Positions 21,261-31,606 of a stretch of 64,000 nt of DNA are shown piece by piece. The notes below the pieces were generated by a model. That model saw nothing but the letters and a program-made list of their open reading frames with translations. It did no database searches and had not been told where the DNA came from. The stretch spans positions 1 to 64,000 of the forward strand of contig JAWOCD010000099.1 in the NCBI GenBank assembly GCA_046483985.1, given 5' to 3'. Position 1 is the stretch's first letter, and the number at the start of each line of letters is the position of its first letter. The stretch comes from Promethearchaeia archaeon. GTDB lineage: Archaea > Asgardarchaeota > Lokiarchaeia > Sigyniarchaeales > SOKP01. Both the position numbers and the translations under genes were made by a program.

Positions 21261-22049
21261 ATGAATAGTACAGATGTGGATTTTGGAGAGCATATTTTAT
21301 TTAAAGTAGATAAACGGTTTGGCATAATAACATTAAACAGAACACATCGTTCTAATGCACTTACCATTGATTTTTTAGAAAATTTGCTGAAAGCTGTTAA
21401 ATATTGCCAAAATACCGAAAAAATCAGAGGGGTTATGCTCACGAATAACGGAACCTCATTCTCTACGGGGATGGATTTAGACTATATCGATGGGTCGGAC
21501 CATGATGCCGTCAAAAAATTAGAAGGAACCGCAGCAGAGATATGTCAAATTTTATTCAACGGAAAGCCCTCCATTTGTGCGGTAAATGGGCGAACTATGG
21601 GCGAGGGGGTGGTGTTTTTAATATGCTGTGATTATCGTCTTGCTACCCAGGAGAGCTTTTTCCAAATGCCGGAAATATACAGTGGCATCTTCCCCGGAAC
21701 GGGTTGTACAATTCTTTTCTCTAAAATATTGGGAATCTCGTGGGCAAAACGATTATTAATGTTTTCAGAAAGAATTGATGCTGCAAAAGCATTAGACATT
21801 AATTTGATTGATAAAAAGGTAGAATCCAAGGAAATCCTTATGGATAAGGCTCTAAATAAGGCGAGATTCCTTTTTACCAAGAATCAACCTGTTCTAAACT
21901 TAATTAAATTATGTGTCAATAATTTAGTTGATGTTCCCTATAGGGAAGCGTATGAAATAGAAAAGAAAGCCTCGGCGTGGTATGAACATAAAGATAAGGA
22001 TGAATTCCTCAAGCAGTTCCGAGAACTTTTTTCAAACTCCGAGTTTTAA
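21261..22049 (+). CDS. Enoyl-CoA hydratase/isomerase family protein
   Basis: ITLNR...NAL, FSTGMDL, KPSICAVNG, CDYRLA, FQMPE..GIFPG. Confidence 0.92.
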   Translation: MNSTDVDFGEHILFKVDKRFGIITLNRTHRSNALTIDFLENLLKAVKYCQNTEKIRGVMLTNNGTSFSTGMDLDYIDGSDHDAVKKLEGTAAEICQILFNGKPSICAVNGRTMGEGVVFLICCDYRLATQESFFQMPEIYSGIFPGTGCTILFSKILGISWAKRLLMFSERIDAAKALDINLIDKKVESKEILMDKALNKARFLFTKNQPVLNLIKLCVNNLVDVPYREAYEIEKKASAWYEHKDKDEFLKQFRELFSNSEF

Positions 22050-22057
22050 GAGAACGG

Positions 22058-22089
22058 GAAAAAGCTTAATTAAGAAAAAGCTTAATTAA
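22058..22089 (+). repeat. Perfect 16-bp tandem duplication GAAAAAGCTTAATTAA x2 (BRE/TATA-like)
   Basis: Read directly from the sequence; lies about 70-100 bp upstream of the acyl-CoA synthetase ATG. Confidence 0.85.
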
Positions 22090-22156
22090 TGTAATTTTCT
22101 TACCTTAATATATTGAGACTTAAAATAATAGGAATAAAGAAAAGTGAATACTAAAA

Positions 22157-23845
22157 ATGTCTATGGAAGAATTTAATAAGTATCCTCATACTATAAACGG
22201 AGTCATTGATAAATGGGCTGAAAAAAAGCCAGACAACACAGCAATTATTATTGCCGATACTGAGAAGGAATACACCTATAAAGAGTTTCAGGATTCCATT
22301 TTCAGTATGGCTTATAAACTTTTTAATATGGGCTTAAGGAAAGGCGATATTATTGTTACCTCTCTCCCGTTTCTTTATGAGCATATTGTGTTAGGGTATG
22401 CCGCAGCAAAGATTGGAGCGATATGGTGTCCTCTAGACTTACGATTAAAACCGCCAGAAATTATGAAGTGTATGAATTTACTTAAGGAAAAGACAAAAGT
22501 ATATTGCCACTTGGGAAAAACGGATGCCGCAAATTTTGGAATGATCGGCGCTGCCGTGAAGAAAAACTGTCCATGGTTAGAGTATGTGGTTCAATTTAGT
22601 GATCCAGATGATAAATATCGAGAAGGGATTATTCCTGCATATAAAATTGCACAAGAGGCACAAGAAGAAATTAAAGAAGCCTCGAATAATCCGGAAGCTA
22701 TGAAAGAGTTTCAAAAGGAATGCGCAAAGGTCGATGAGAATGATCCAATTCTAATTATCTTCACTACGGGCAGCACGGGATTTCCAAAACCTGCTATGCT
22801 TAAAAATATAGGAATCACTTGTCAGAACTTCTGTTTAAGCAAGGGCTTTGGAATGAATCCTGATGATATAATGGTTGTAAACCTTCCGCCTTCTCATGTG
22901 GGTGGGACAACAGAGCAGTTTATGACACCGCTCTTTGGAGGTGGAACGGCTGTCGTGTTACACATTTTTGACCCCGAACTTACCTTAGAATCCGTCCAAA
23001 AGTATAAAGCTACCTTCATGGGACAAATACCTGCTCTCTATAACATGGAATGGCGCTTGCCCAATTATGAAGATTATGATTTAAGTTCCTTGAGATTCGT
23101 CATTTGCGCGGGACAGTCGGTGGATCGTCCGTTTTTGAAACAGTTAAAAGAAATGGCCCCAGAAATTGGAGGGGGATTAGGGCTTACAGAGACTTCAGGA
23201 TTCTGCTCATATATTTCTGTCAAAGAGAATTGGGAAGATTTTGTCACCGGACTGGGGCATGATTTTCCGATTTACCCCTACTCAATTCGGGAAAAGATGA
23301 ACAAGGATGGCACTGCCGGAGACGAACTACCCCAAGGCGAGATTGGCGAAATATGCTACGGACCAGGGCCCCAAACCTTTGCAAGATATTTCGGGAATGA
23401 AGAAGCTACCAAGGAAACACTCTCAACCGATAATATTCTGTATACCGGAGATATGGGGTACCTTGACGACGACGGTTTGCACCTTTCTGGGCGTAGAAAA
23501 TTCCTCATTAAACCAAAAGGATATCAAGTCTTTCCTCCAGAAGTAGAGGCTTTTATCGCGGAATTACCAGAAGTTGAATCAGTTGGAGTGGTCGGAGCGA
23601 AACATGAAGTGTATTCCGAGGGGATCGTTGCCTATATCAAGGTAAAAGAAGGAGAAACACTTACTCGGGAAGAAGTTATGGAACATTGTAAGGGAATGGC
23701 TGCTTATAAGCGACCCTCATTAATCGTGTTTGTAAACGAATTTCCATTAAATCGCGTCTCGAAAACAGACTATGTTGCCCTTGAAGACCGTGTCCAAGAT
23801 GATATTAAAAAGGCACGGGAAGAAGGCGGTTGGGATGCAAAATAA
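22157..23845 (+). CDS. AMP-dependent acyl-CoA synthetase (long-chain fatty acid--CoA ligase family)
   Basis: IIFTTGSTGFPKPA, GLGLTET, YTGDMG, GRRKFLIKPKGYQVFPPEVE. Confidence 0.92.
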   Translation: MSMEEFNKYPHTINGVIDKWAEKKPDNTAIIIADTEKEYTYKEFQDSIFSMAYKLFNMGLRKGDIIVTSLPFLYEHIVLGYAAAKIGAIWCPLDLRLKPPEIMKCMNLLKEKTKVYCHLGKTDAANFGMIGAAVKKNCPWLEYVVQFSDPDDKYREGIIPAYKIAQEAQEEIKEASNNPEAMKEFQKECAKVDENDPILIIFTTGSTGFPKPAMLKNIGITCQNFCLSKGFGMNPDDIMVVNLPPSHVGGTTEQFMTPLFGGGTAVVLHIFDPELTLESVQKYKATFMGQIPALYNMEWRLPNYEDYDLSSLRFVICAGQSVDRPFLKQLKEMAPEIGGGLGLTETSGFCSYISVKENWEDFVTGLGHDFPIYPYSIREKMNKDGTAGDELPQGEIGEICYGPGPQTFARYFGNEEATKETLSTDNILYTGDMGYLDDDGLHLSGRRKFLIKPKGYQVFPPEVEAFIAELPEVESVGVVGAKHEVYSEGIVAYIKVKEGETLTREEVMEHCKGMAAYKRPSLIVFVNEFPLNRVSKTDYVALEDRVQDDIKKAREEGGWDAK

Positions 23846-23944
23846 GTAATATTTTAACTTTTTTTCTTCTTTACTTTTCTGTAATAACGTTTATTTGCGA
23901 TCATTTCATAATTTCTAATATTCATATTGTGAGATGAAATCATC

Positions 23945-25795
23945 GTGATTTTAAAAGAATTAAAACATCTTCTGAAGCATTTACGAACCCTTCAATTCAA
24001 AAAAACCCATAAAAGTTTGCTGTTTTTAATTCTCTTAACCATTTTCTCGTCCTTTTTCGCCTTTTTAATCCAAAACGATTTTGGAAAGGTCAAGGTTCAA
24101 GTCGTTAAAATCGTGGATGCAGATGGGAATAGTCTTTCAGCACGATTATATCGTCCAATAACCGCAACGGAAGACTCTCCCCAATCAGGAGTTCTTCTAC
24201 TACATGGTTTTAATAACGATAAAGATACTGAAGGACCAGCGGCTTTAGAATTAGCACGAAGAGGTTTTGTTTGTTTAGCTCTTTCAGAACTCGGACACGG
24301 AGATTCTGTACGCGGTCAAGGATTAGATAGCTCTATTCTCTTAGATGGGGGAGAAGTAACCTTGGGGGCGGATTCGGCTTACAAATATCTCAAAAGTTTA
24401 TCTTTTGTGAATAAAAGCGAAATTGGATTAGTGGGACATTCTATGGGGGGTTGGGTTGCCATAAATTTAGCAAAGAAGTATTCCAATCACCGAGCCGTTG
24501 TTATTCAAGCAGGAGGGCCTTTAAATTTAACCGAAAAGGGAAATCTTAATAATTATTTACAGATATGGACACATTATGAGGAACTATTTTCCACTGATGA
24601 TAGAAATGCCTATATCCAAGAAGGACTTGAAATGATTAAATATAATACCGGCAAAAAAGGGGAATTCGATAAAACATATGGAGATTTTGATAACGGAACG
24701 GCCCAAAGATATGCACTATGTGAGACCACACATCCCGGCGGAACTTGGAATTCTAAAAGTATCTCGGAAACGACAAAGTGGATGATTAATGCGCTTAACA
24801 ATGGAGAACTTGACTTAGAGTTGCCCGATCCAGAAAAACAAATATACCAATGGAAAGAAGTATGTATGTTAATTGCTTCAATTGCCGCTATTCTTTCCTT
24901 ACTTCCCCTAAGTGGATGGCTCTTGAAAACCGACTATTTTCAAGAATTAAATAAAAAGATTTCCTCGCGAAACCCGGCGGAAACGAGCCAATGGTGGAAA
25001 ACGGCAAGTCTAAATGCATTCATCGGCGGCTTAAGTTTTTTAGTTATTCCAATGGTCGGTATGATAATTGGAGCACCACTCCCTTTATTCAATTTAGTCA
25101 CCGGAAACGGTACCGTATTGTGGTTCTTGTTTAACGCCATAATTGGTTGGATTGTCTTTAAAAAATGGTTTAGGGACGCAAATGAAGAGCAAAATCTTTC
25201 TTATTATGATTTAGGGATATTGGATAAAAAAAAGGATAAGCATATCGGTTTTACCAATCTGAAAAAAACTCTTCTCCTAGCGGCAATCCTCTTTGTTTAT
25301 CTGTACGCATTAACTAGTTTTATCCAAGTGATTTTTCAAACGGAACTAAGATATCAGTGGGCCTTATTGAAAAGGTTTTCGGCGATGCGGTTCGGACAAT
25401 TTCTCTTATATCTTTTGCCCATCTCCATATTCTTTTTCATAAATGGAGGGGTCCTTCTCTATGGTCAACTTCGTCAGAAGAAGTATGAAAATGCGCAAAA
25501 AACATTAATTGTCTGGTGGTTGAAAAGTTGCTTTGCTATGGAAATGGGACTTGTGCTTATCATGCTCGTACAATACTTGCCCATGATCCTTTTCGGAGCT
25601 GCTCCGCTCTTTGGATGGCTGCCAACGGCAGGACTTTTTCTTATCTTTCTGATGCAATTTGTGCCCTTCTTCGCACTGATGTTCTTTTTAACCACCTATT
25701 TCTTCTTAAAAACGGGAAGAATTTACTTAGGGTCCATAATTGCAACGATATTAACGACGTGGGTTATCTCTGTAAGTTCCGCTGTTCTTTTCTGA
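23945..25795 (+). CDS. Membrane-anchored alpha/beta hydrolase with a C-terminal multi-TM domain
   Basis: LLHG, nucleophile elbow GHSMGG, an N-terminal TM helix and about 8 C-terminal TM helices. Confidence 0.85.
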   Translation: MILKELKHLLKHLRTLQFKKTHKSLLFLILLTIFSSFFAFLIQNDFGKVKVQVVKIVDADGNSLSARLYRPITATEDSPQSGVLLLHGFNNDKDTEGPAALELARRGFVCLALSELGHGDSVRGQGLDSSILLDGGEVTLGADSAYKYLKSLSFVNKSEIGLVGHSMGGWVAINLAKKYSNHRAVVIQAGGPLNLTEKGNLNNYLQIWTHYEELFSTDDRNAYIQEGLEMIKYNTGKKGEFDKTYGDFDNGTAQRYALCETTHPGGTWNSKSISETTKWMINALNNGELDLELPDPEKQIYQWKEVCMLIASIAAILSLLPLSGWLLKTDYFQELNKKISSRNPAETSQWWKTASLNAFIGGLSFLVIPMVGMIIGAPLPLFNLVTGNGTVLWFLFNAIIGWIVFKKWFRDANEEQNLSYYDLGILDKKKDKHIGFTNLKKTLLLAAILFVYLYALTSFIQVIFQTELRYQWALLKRFSAMRFGQFLLYLLPISIFFFINGGVLLYGQLRQKKYENAQKTLIVWWLKSCFAMEMGLVLIMLVQYLPMILFGAAPLFGWLPTAGLFLIFLMQFVPFFALMFFLTTYFFLKTGRIYLGSIIATILTTWVISVSSAVLF

Positions 25796-25850
25796 ATTGA
25801 ATATCTAAAAATTAATTCTCCTTTTTCTTTTTCCTCCAGTAATCCCCCTA

Positions 25851-26528
25851 TTATAGCGAATTTTTCAATCTGCCCAGCAATAGAGTCATTGACCCAAAAT
25901 ACTTGGTATTATAGTAGCAGCGCTTCAGAGTTTTAATCTGAAATTTTTTAAAAATGCTGCTCAAATTCAAGTCCTTAAATTGCCAGATGAGATTTATGAG
26001 CGGTTCCACACAGATTTCATGGATTTTACGTTTTAAAAGAGACTTATCCTGGGGAGGGGCGCTCATTTCTCCCACCGAAATGATTGCCGATTTTTTACAG
26101 ACCTTAAATATCTCTAAGAAGGCTTTCTCTACGTTGATTTGAATGCCGCCCATCCCATAGACTGAGATGATCTTATCAAACACATGATTCCGTAAGGGGA
26201 GGCACCGGGCATCCGCGTTTATGGAAAGAACATCGTTTTTCATGTGAAAATGCTTTAAATTCTTCTTTGCTTCTTTCAGCATCTGGGTCGATAAATCAAT
26301 CCCAATTACCCGGATTTGCTCCGGATATGTTTCGTTTATCGCATAAATTGCAGCCATCGAGGTTCCGGTTCCGATATCTATAACCATTTCTCCGTCTTGT
26401 AACTGTGCTGCTTTTACTACTTCAATTCTGTGTACATTATCGGCCCATAATGTCTGCATATGATGGACAATGTCATAAAATTTAGCTCCTTTATCGTAAA
26501 AGTTCTTAATATCTAAAAAGTTGTCCAA
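25851..26528 (-). CDS. Class I SAM-dependent methyltransferase (UbiE/MenG-like)
   Basis: VIDIGTGT, GIDLSTQML, ADARCLP...FDKI. Confidence 0.88.
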   Translation of the reverse strand: MDNFLDIKNFYDKGAKFYDIVHHMQTLWADNVHRIEVVKAAQLQDGEMVIDIGTGTSMAAIYAINETYPEQIRVIGIDLSTQMLKEAKKNLKHFHMKNDVLSINADARCLPLRNHVFDKIISVYGMGGIQINVEKAFLEIFKVCKKSAIISVGEMSAPPQDKSLLKRKIHEICVEPLINLIWQFKDLNLSSIFKKFQIKTLKRCYYNTKYFGSMTLLLGRLKNSL

Positions 26529-26719
26529 ACAAACTAATTTCTCAATAAGGTATTTTAAAATGATAACTCACATAAATATATCTTTGCGTGGATGTATTTT
26601 AAATTTTCAAGTTCCATGTGCACATTGGAATTAGATGGATTTAATTAAGATCACTCTCAAAAGGAGGGGATCAGAAGAAGTCAAATAGTCTTCAAGTACT
26701 TATTCAATTTTGGTTAAGT

Positions 26720-27013
26720 TTATGTTTTTAACTCTTCTAACGATTGCTGAATTTTTTCAATTGTCGAATTTTGCAGCGAATCATCCTCAATTTCTTGGAG
26801 CAAGTTTAAAAATTGACGAATAAGCGGATGTTCAAGTACTCTGCAGGTTTGATTTAATGTATTTACATCGTAAATCAAGGCGGAATCTAATTTGGTGATG
26901 CCGCCGATAATATCCCGCAATAAAAGATCCTTTTCCTCATTATATCCTAATACCACGACATCTTCTGCCAATTTTGGCTCTTCATTTAATTTTTTTACGT
27001 CAAATTCACACAT
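26720..27013 (-). CDS. cooT: CooT-like nickel-binding CODH accessory protein
   Basis: N-terminal MCE-x-x-V, then EDV...L-RDIIG...I-x-DVN pattern; divergent from cdhB. Confidence 0.7.
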   Translation of the reverse strand: MCEFDVKKLNEEPKLAEDVVVLGYNEEKDLLLRDIIGGITKLDSALIYDVNTLNQTCRVLEHPLIRQFLNLLQEIEDDSLQNSTIEKIQQSLEELKT

Positions 27014-27151
27014 ATTACAACACCTTCTTATTTTCTCTGAATCTATTTCATCATAATTTAAAATTTCATAAGAATTTTTTTAAATTATTCTTAATAAACC
27101 TTAATATATATTAATTTTATAAAATGAGATAAACAATTAGAGGAAAAGTGT

Positions 27152-27688
27152 ATGGCAAAACCGTATCAAAAGCCTAACGTTCCTGGGCCAGAGACAGGTA
27201 CCACAGTCCACGATCCAGAGGTTATGGCGAATATTATAAGAGCAAACAAGAAAAAGCTATTTGTTATAGGCGCTGAAGCATTAAGTGAGAATATGACAAT
27301 AGACGGCATACAAGTTATTGAATTATTTGTGGAAATTGCGAAAAAACTTGATTGCCCCGTGGTCGCTACGGGCCATTCCTACAAATATCTGAATGAACAC
27401 CTCGATGAAGATAAACTATATGATATTAGTTTAATTAATATTACCAATCGACTCTCAGATGAGGATTGGGCAGGACTCGACGGTGAAGGGCAATATAGGA
27501 TGGCAATTTTTGGCGGTCACCAAGTTTTTTACTCCTCCCAAACATTAAGCCGTTTAAAGAACTTTACCAATTGGCTGAGAACAGTAGAATTAGATAAATA
27601 TTCCCATCCCAATGCTCGGTTCAGTTTACCTAACTTTAACAACAAAGAGTGGAAAGAATTCTTAGAAGAATTAATAGAACACTTATGA
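27152..27688 (+). CDS. cdhB: CO dehydrogenase/acetyl-CoA synthase epsilon subunit
   Basis: KPYQ..NVPGP, PVVATGH, LSDEDWAGLDGEGQY, SQTLSRLKNF, LDKYSHPNARFSLPN. Confidence 0.9.
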   Translation: MAKPYQKPNVPGPETGTTVHDPEVMANIIRANKKKLFVIGAEALSENMTIDGIQVIELFVEIAKKLDCPVVATGHSYKYLNEHLDEDKLYDISLINITNRLSDEDWAGLDGEGQYRMAIFGGHQVFYSSQTLSRLKNFTNWLRTVELDKYSHPNARFSLPNFNNKEWKEFLEELIEHL

Positions 27689-28172
27689 ATTACTTTTTTT
27701 TCTTTTTCTTTTTATCATTTCAAAAGTAAACTTGGTGTACTCCTTCTTAATTCCTTCTTACTATTAAATCGAATCGGGGCAAAAGATGAATAATACTCAA
27801 AAAGAAAACTTTAATTTTAGTTGACTTAGTTGACCAATATTCCACAAATTATATTAATACATTCCCAAATCTTTCATCCAATTTTTATGGGGATACACCA
27901 GGAAAACTGTTTCGTCCATATTTGCTATCTGCGTAGGAATTGCCAAAATCCAAATTTTGATTGATTAAAAAATTTCTTCGGACAAGGATTGAGCTTCAAT
28001 GTTATTTGCCGATTTTTATTCATAACCCCTTTATTTACTTCTTTCTAAAGAGATCTTAGACTACAGATTTAAGTCTTGTTAAGTATGAAAAATTAAAGTT
28101 GTAGAATTAATTAAGGCTTTAATCCGTTAGTTAAAACAATAAAAAAATGAAAAATAAAAAAGTACAAGAAAA

Positions 28173-29588
28173 TTATTTCTTTTTCTTCTTCTTGGACCCA
28201 ACACGTCTAATGATTATGCTTTCGGCATGAACTTTACAGTTCTTAAGGATGACTTTAAAGCCGCCACCGCCACCAGCACCAGGAACAGTCATTGTTTGAG
28301 TGCCCATCGGGACCATTGCTCCTTCGTCTTCTCCCCATTCTTCCTCTTCTGCTGCCTCTTCCTCTTCCTCTTCTTCCCACTCTTCGACAATTGGATGGTC
28401 TTTTTCGATTAACCAGTCTTTTAATTCGGCAATATCGTCAACATCATCTTGGGTGGCAATTTTATCCACTAATTCTTCTGGTAAAAATTCTACTACTCTT
28501 TCTTTCAGTTCTTTACCCATCCAGACAATTTGGGATAATCCACCATCATATTGTTGGAATTTCGGGGATGCAATGTATTGAATACTAATTCCGTTAAATC
28601 CAGGCATTTGTTTTCCTCCCCCTGTCTGGTTAGCCATTGCACTAAATGCTAATCCATTAATGGCTACACCATCGAAGTTCCGGTCTACAATACCATGTCC
28701 GGCTACTTCGGGAATGTAAAAGTCAATCGCTTCAAAACAACCACAACTAGTATGCGGATATTCCATACCAGAGTAAAGATACACCCGGTCAATTTCTCCA
28801 AGCGACCGCTTCTTCATCATTTCATTAACGCCTGTATATTCTCCGGCTAATTCATTTTTACATTCGCCTGGCGGCATTTCAAAAATTGGACCTTTCGGAT
28901 CAACCTTTGCAGCTGCACGAGCATCAAACCAATTAATAGATCCACATAATGAAGTTCTGTCCGGTGTTATACAGCACACATGCGTGGGAGCAAATGATTG
29001 ACATAACACGCATCCATAAAACATATCTACATCCTCATCATGAAGTCCACGAGCTCGTTCGTCACGTTTATCGTAAATTCCCATTGCAAAATCAAACGGT
29101 TCTTGGATCGCTTCCTTGCTTGTATAAAATTTAACTTGGGCTTTTTCTACAATTGGTAATTCTGCTTTAAAAAGCCTAATTAAAATCTTTCCAAGATATT
29201 CTAATGAATCGAACCCTTTCTCTAAAACCTTCTTTGAAATTCTCATCCACATCGTGTATCTCTGATTGAGGTGCATCACACCGCTCACATAGTTACAGAA
29301 TTCGTGGATTCTTCTTTCAAAGACTGCTTCTAAATCCTCTTCCAACTGGGAACCTGATACTTCTACTAAAATACCCATATGATGTCGAGAACCCTCTTCC
29401 ATGTCACTTAAGTCTGGCCCATCAATAAATACCTTACCGTCCTCTACTTCCTCATCTTCCTTAACTCTCACGAGCTCAAACTTTTTATCAACCTTAGGCC
29501 CACCTAATTCAACAAACATCTGTTTCGAGCGAATACGTTCACCCTCGTAGACAGGGCCCACATCTGTAGGGATATCATCAAAACTCAT
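28173..29588 (-). CDS. cdhC: Acetyl-CoA synthase (CODH/ACS beta subunit)
   Basis: GPVYEGERIR, ERRIH, MHLNQR, CVLCQSFAPTHVC, LCGSINW, A-cluster motif HTSCGCFE, and the archaeal acidic linker plus C-terminal tail. Confidence 0.96.
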   Translation of the reverse strand: MSFDDIPTDVGPVYEGERIRSKQMFVELGGPKVDKKFELVRVKEDEEVEDGKVFIDGPDLSDMEEGSRHHMGILVEVSGSQLEEDLEAVFERRIHEFCNYVSGVMHLNQRYTMWMRISKKVLEKGFDSLEYLGKILIRLFKAELPIVEKAQVKFYTSKEAIQEPFDFAMGIYDKRDERARGLHDEDVDMFYGCVLCQSFAPTHVCCITPDRTSLCGSINWFDARAAAKVDPKGPIFEMPPGECKNELAGEYTGVNEMMKKRSLGEIDRVYLYSGMEYPHTSCGCFEAIDFYIPEVAGHGIVDRNFDGVAINGLAFSAMANQTGGGKQMPGFNGISIQYIASPKFQQYDGGLSQIVWMGKELKERVVEFLPEELVDKIATQDDVDDIAELKDWLIEKDHPIVEEWEEEEEEEAAEEEEWGEDEGAMVPMGTQTMTVPGAGGGGGFKVILKNCKVHAESIIIRRVGSKKKKKK

Positions 29589-29802
29589 ATCAATTTCCTC
29601 TAATTTTTTAATTAATTTTAATTTCGAAATTAAAATTTGTATATTAAATTGTTAAATTTAATCAATAAATTAAAACTTATTATTTTATCTATAAACCCTA
29701 TGACTTTTATTTTGTTCTGTTCATTTTTAAATTCCTCATTTTGAGTGGGAATGGCAAAAAGAAGAGAAATAAATTAATAGTATAAGATATAACATTTCAA
29801 TT

Positions 29803-31383
29803 ATGAGTTTAAAATCACTTCAAAATAAAAATAAAGTTTTCATTATTCTTAAAGGACTCATCATCGTTTGGATCCTCGTGTTAGTACTCCTTGCATTACT
29901 GGGGCTTCATGACGTAACTTTCTTCAATTATTTAACCAATGAAAGTGCGGGGGGTAAATATACAATACAAATTCCGCTCGTACGTTATATCTTTGAACCC
30001 ATTATTGCAATAGCGTTCTACCTCACAGTGAGAGATTACTATTTTCCTCTGGTACTCATCGGCGGATATCTCATTTACCGGATAAGTTACTTAGTAACGA
30101 AAAGGAAGAAAAGGCATTCTGAAAAGTTTAAACTGCTCACGCATTCCTTCAGGGAATTTTTTAAATTTACTGCAATCGTCGGAATTATTGTGGTCGGCGT
30201 TTTAGTTACCTATTATTTCAGTGGTCTGGTCATCGTGGGTAGTTTTATCAAATACAGCATCATCTCATTAATAGAAGTGGTATCTATAATTTCAGTAATC
30301 GCCATTCTGATAAAATTGGGTCAAATCTTATATAAATTTTACCATCCACATTTGCGATTTAATATTCGAAAAAAACTGAGTTCCCGAAAACAATACAACA
30401 AGTATCTTTCGATTACAAGAAGAGAACTGGGATATTTCTTTTGTTTTTTATTTCTTTTAGTAACAGTAAATATTCTTCTATTAACGACTTTATTCCCCTT
30501 GGGTAAGATTGAAACGGAAAAAGAGGATAATGAGATATTAGTTGATTTTCATTCACATACTACCTTAAGTGATGGATGGCTTTCTCCAGAAGAGCGAGTT
30601 CGATGGTATCTGGATCAAGGGATTGATGTAGCAGCAATCTCGGACCATCAGACGACAGACGGAGGCAAAAAGGCAAGTAAATTTGTTCAAGAAAATGACT
30701 TACCGCTTAAAATTATTATCGCTCAAGAATATACAACAAGTTACGGGATCCACTTAAATATTTATGGCATCGAAGAAGATATCGTTCCCATTGAATATGA
30801 AAGTGAAAGTGACGAACTTGCATTAAGCACAGAGGATATGATCAAATATGTGAAAGAAAAAGGAGGGTACATCATAGTCAACCATTACAATGCAGAGAAA
30901 AATGAAAATGGCGGATGGGGCACACCGTACAATTTCACCCAGTTAAAGGAATGGGGAGTGGATGGGTTTGAAATTATCAATTCCGGAAACCTATATCCCG
31001 AGAGAATAAAAGAATTTTGCCTCGAGAATGATTTAATTTGCATCGCAGCTACGGATGTACATTCAAACGGAGAATTAACGGGATTTATGAAAGTAAAGCT
31101 CAATGATCCAAATAATCCCACGGTAGATCAGCTTTTTGGTGGCCTTCAGAATAACGAACATCAAGCAATACAAATCAGAAGATACGGGGAAATTGTAAAA
31201 TTTCCCGAACCATTAGATATCTTTGAGGAAATCGAAAAGTTCGCTAATTATATTCTTCAATTAGACATCTTCCAATATCTCTCATGGATACTATGGTCAT
31301 TTTTCGGGTACGCCTTGTTTCATTATGCATATCTGAAAATTAGAAAATATGATATTGAGTTATTAAGAAAGAAAGTCCTTTAA
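29803..31383 (+). CDS. Membrane-bound PHP-domain metallophosphoesterase
   Basis: DFHSHTTLSDG, AISDH, AQEYT..HLN, VNH, DGFEI, ATDVH; N-terminal TM helices. Confidence 0.85.
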   Translation: MSLKSLQNKNKVFIILKGLIIVWILVLVLLALLGLHDVTFFNYLTNESAGGKYTIQIPLVRYIFEPIIAIAFYLTVRDYYFPLVLIGGYLIYRISYLVTKRKKRHSEKFKLLTHSFREFFKFTAIVGIIVVGVLVTYYFSGLVIVGSFIKYSIISLIEVVSIISVIAILIKLGQILYKFYHPHLRFNIRKKLSSRKQYNKYLSITRRELGYFFCFLFLLVTVNILLLTTLFPLGKIETEKEDNEILVDFHSHTTLSDGWLSPEERVRWYLDQGIDVAAISDHQTTDGGKKASKFVQENDLPLKIIIAQEYTTSYGIHLNIYGIEEDIVPIEYESESDELALSTEDMIKYVKEKGGYIIVNHYNAEKNENGGWGTPYNFTQLKEWGVDGFEIINSGNLYPERIKEFCLENDLICIAATDVHSNGELTGFMKVKLNDPNNPTVDQLFGGLQNNEHQAIQIRRYGEIVKFPEPLDIFEEIEKFANYILQLDIFQYLSWILWSFFGYALFHYAYLKIRKYDIELLRKKVL

Positions 31384-31449
31384 AGCAGAAGAATTATTCT
31401 ATTCTTTTTTTCTTTTTCTCTTTATTAACGTTTCAAGCTTTTAGAGCAA

Positions 31450-31511
31450 GTTATAAATCTATGTACGATTCATCGGCGGTCTAAAGGACGATGCTTTCTC
31501 GCACTTTAGTG
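31450..31511 (-). mobile_element. Orphan IS200/IS605 left end (same family as the 44049 element)
   Basis: Minus strand TTTAC|CACTAAAGTGCGAG-AAAG-CATCGTCCTTTAGACCGCCGATGAATCGTACATAGATTTATAA aligns to TTTAC|CCATAGAGTGCGAA-AAAG-CACCATCCTCCAGGGCGGTGGTGAATCGCACATATATTTATAA at 44044 onward. Confidence 0.8.
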
Positions 31512-31606
31512 GTAAATTAACCCCCATGAGATTAAAAAGCGGGTTCAAAAAAACCTTTAGTCTTGGTTAAAAAGTTACAGAGCAATCTTAAAAAAGAGAG
31601 TAAAAA

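Noticed and set aside
27817-27834. TTAGTTGAC x2 tandem repeat
   Set aside because: Only two 9-bp units with no spacers; not CRISPR and plausible by chance.
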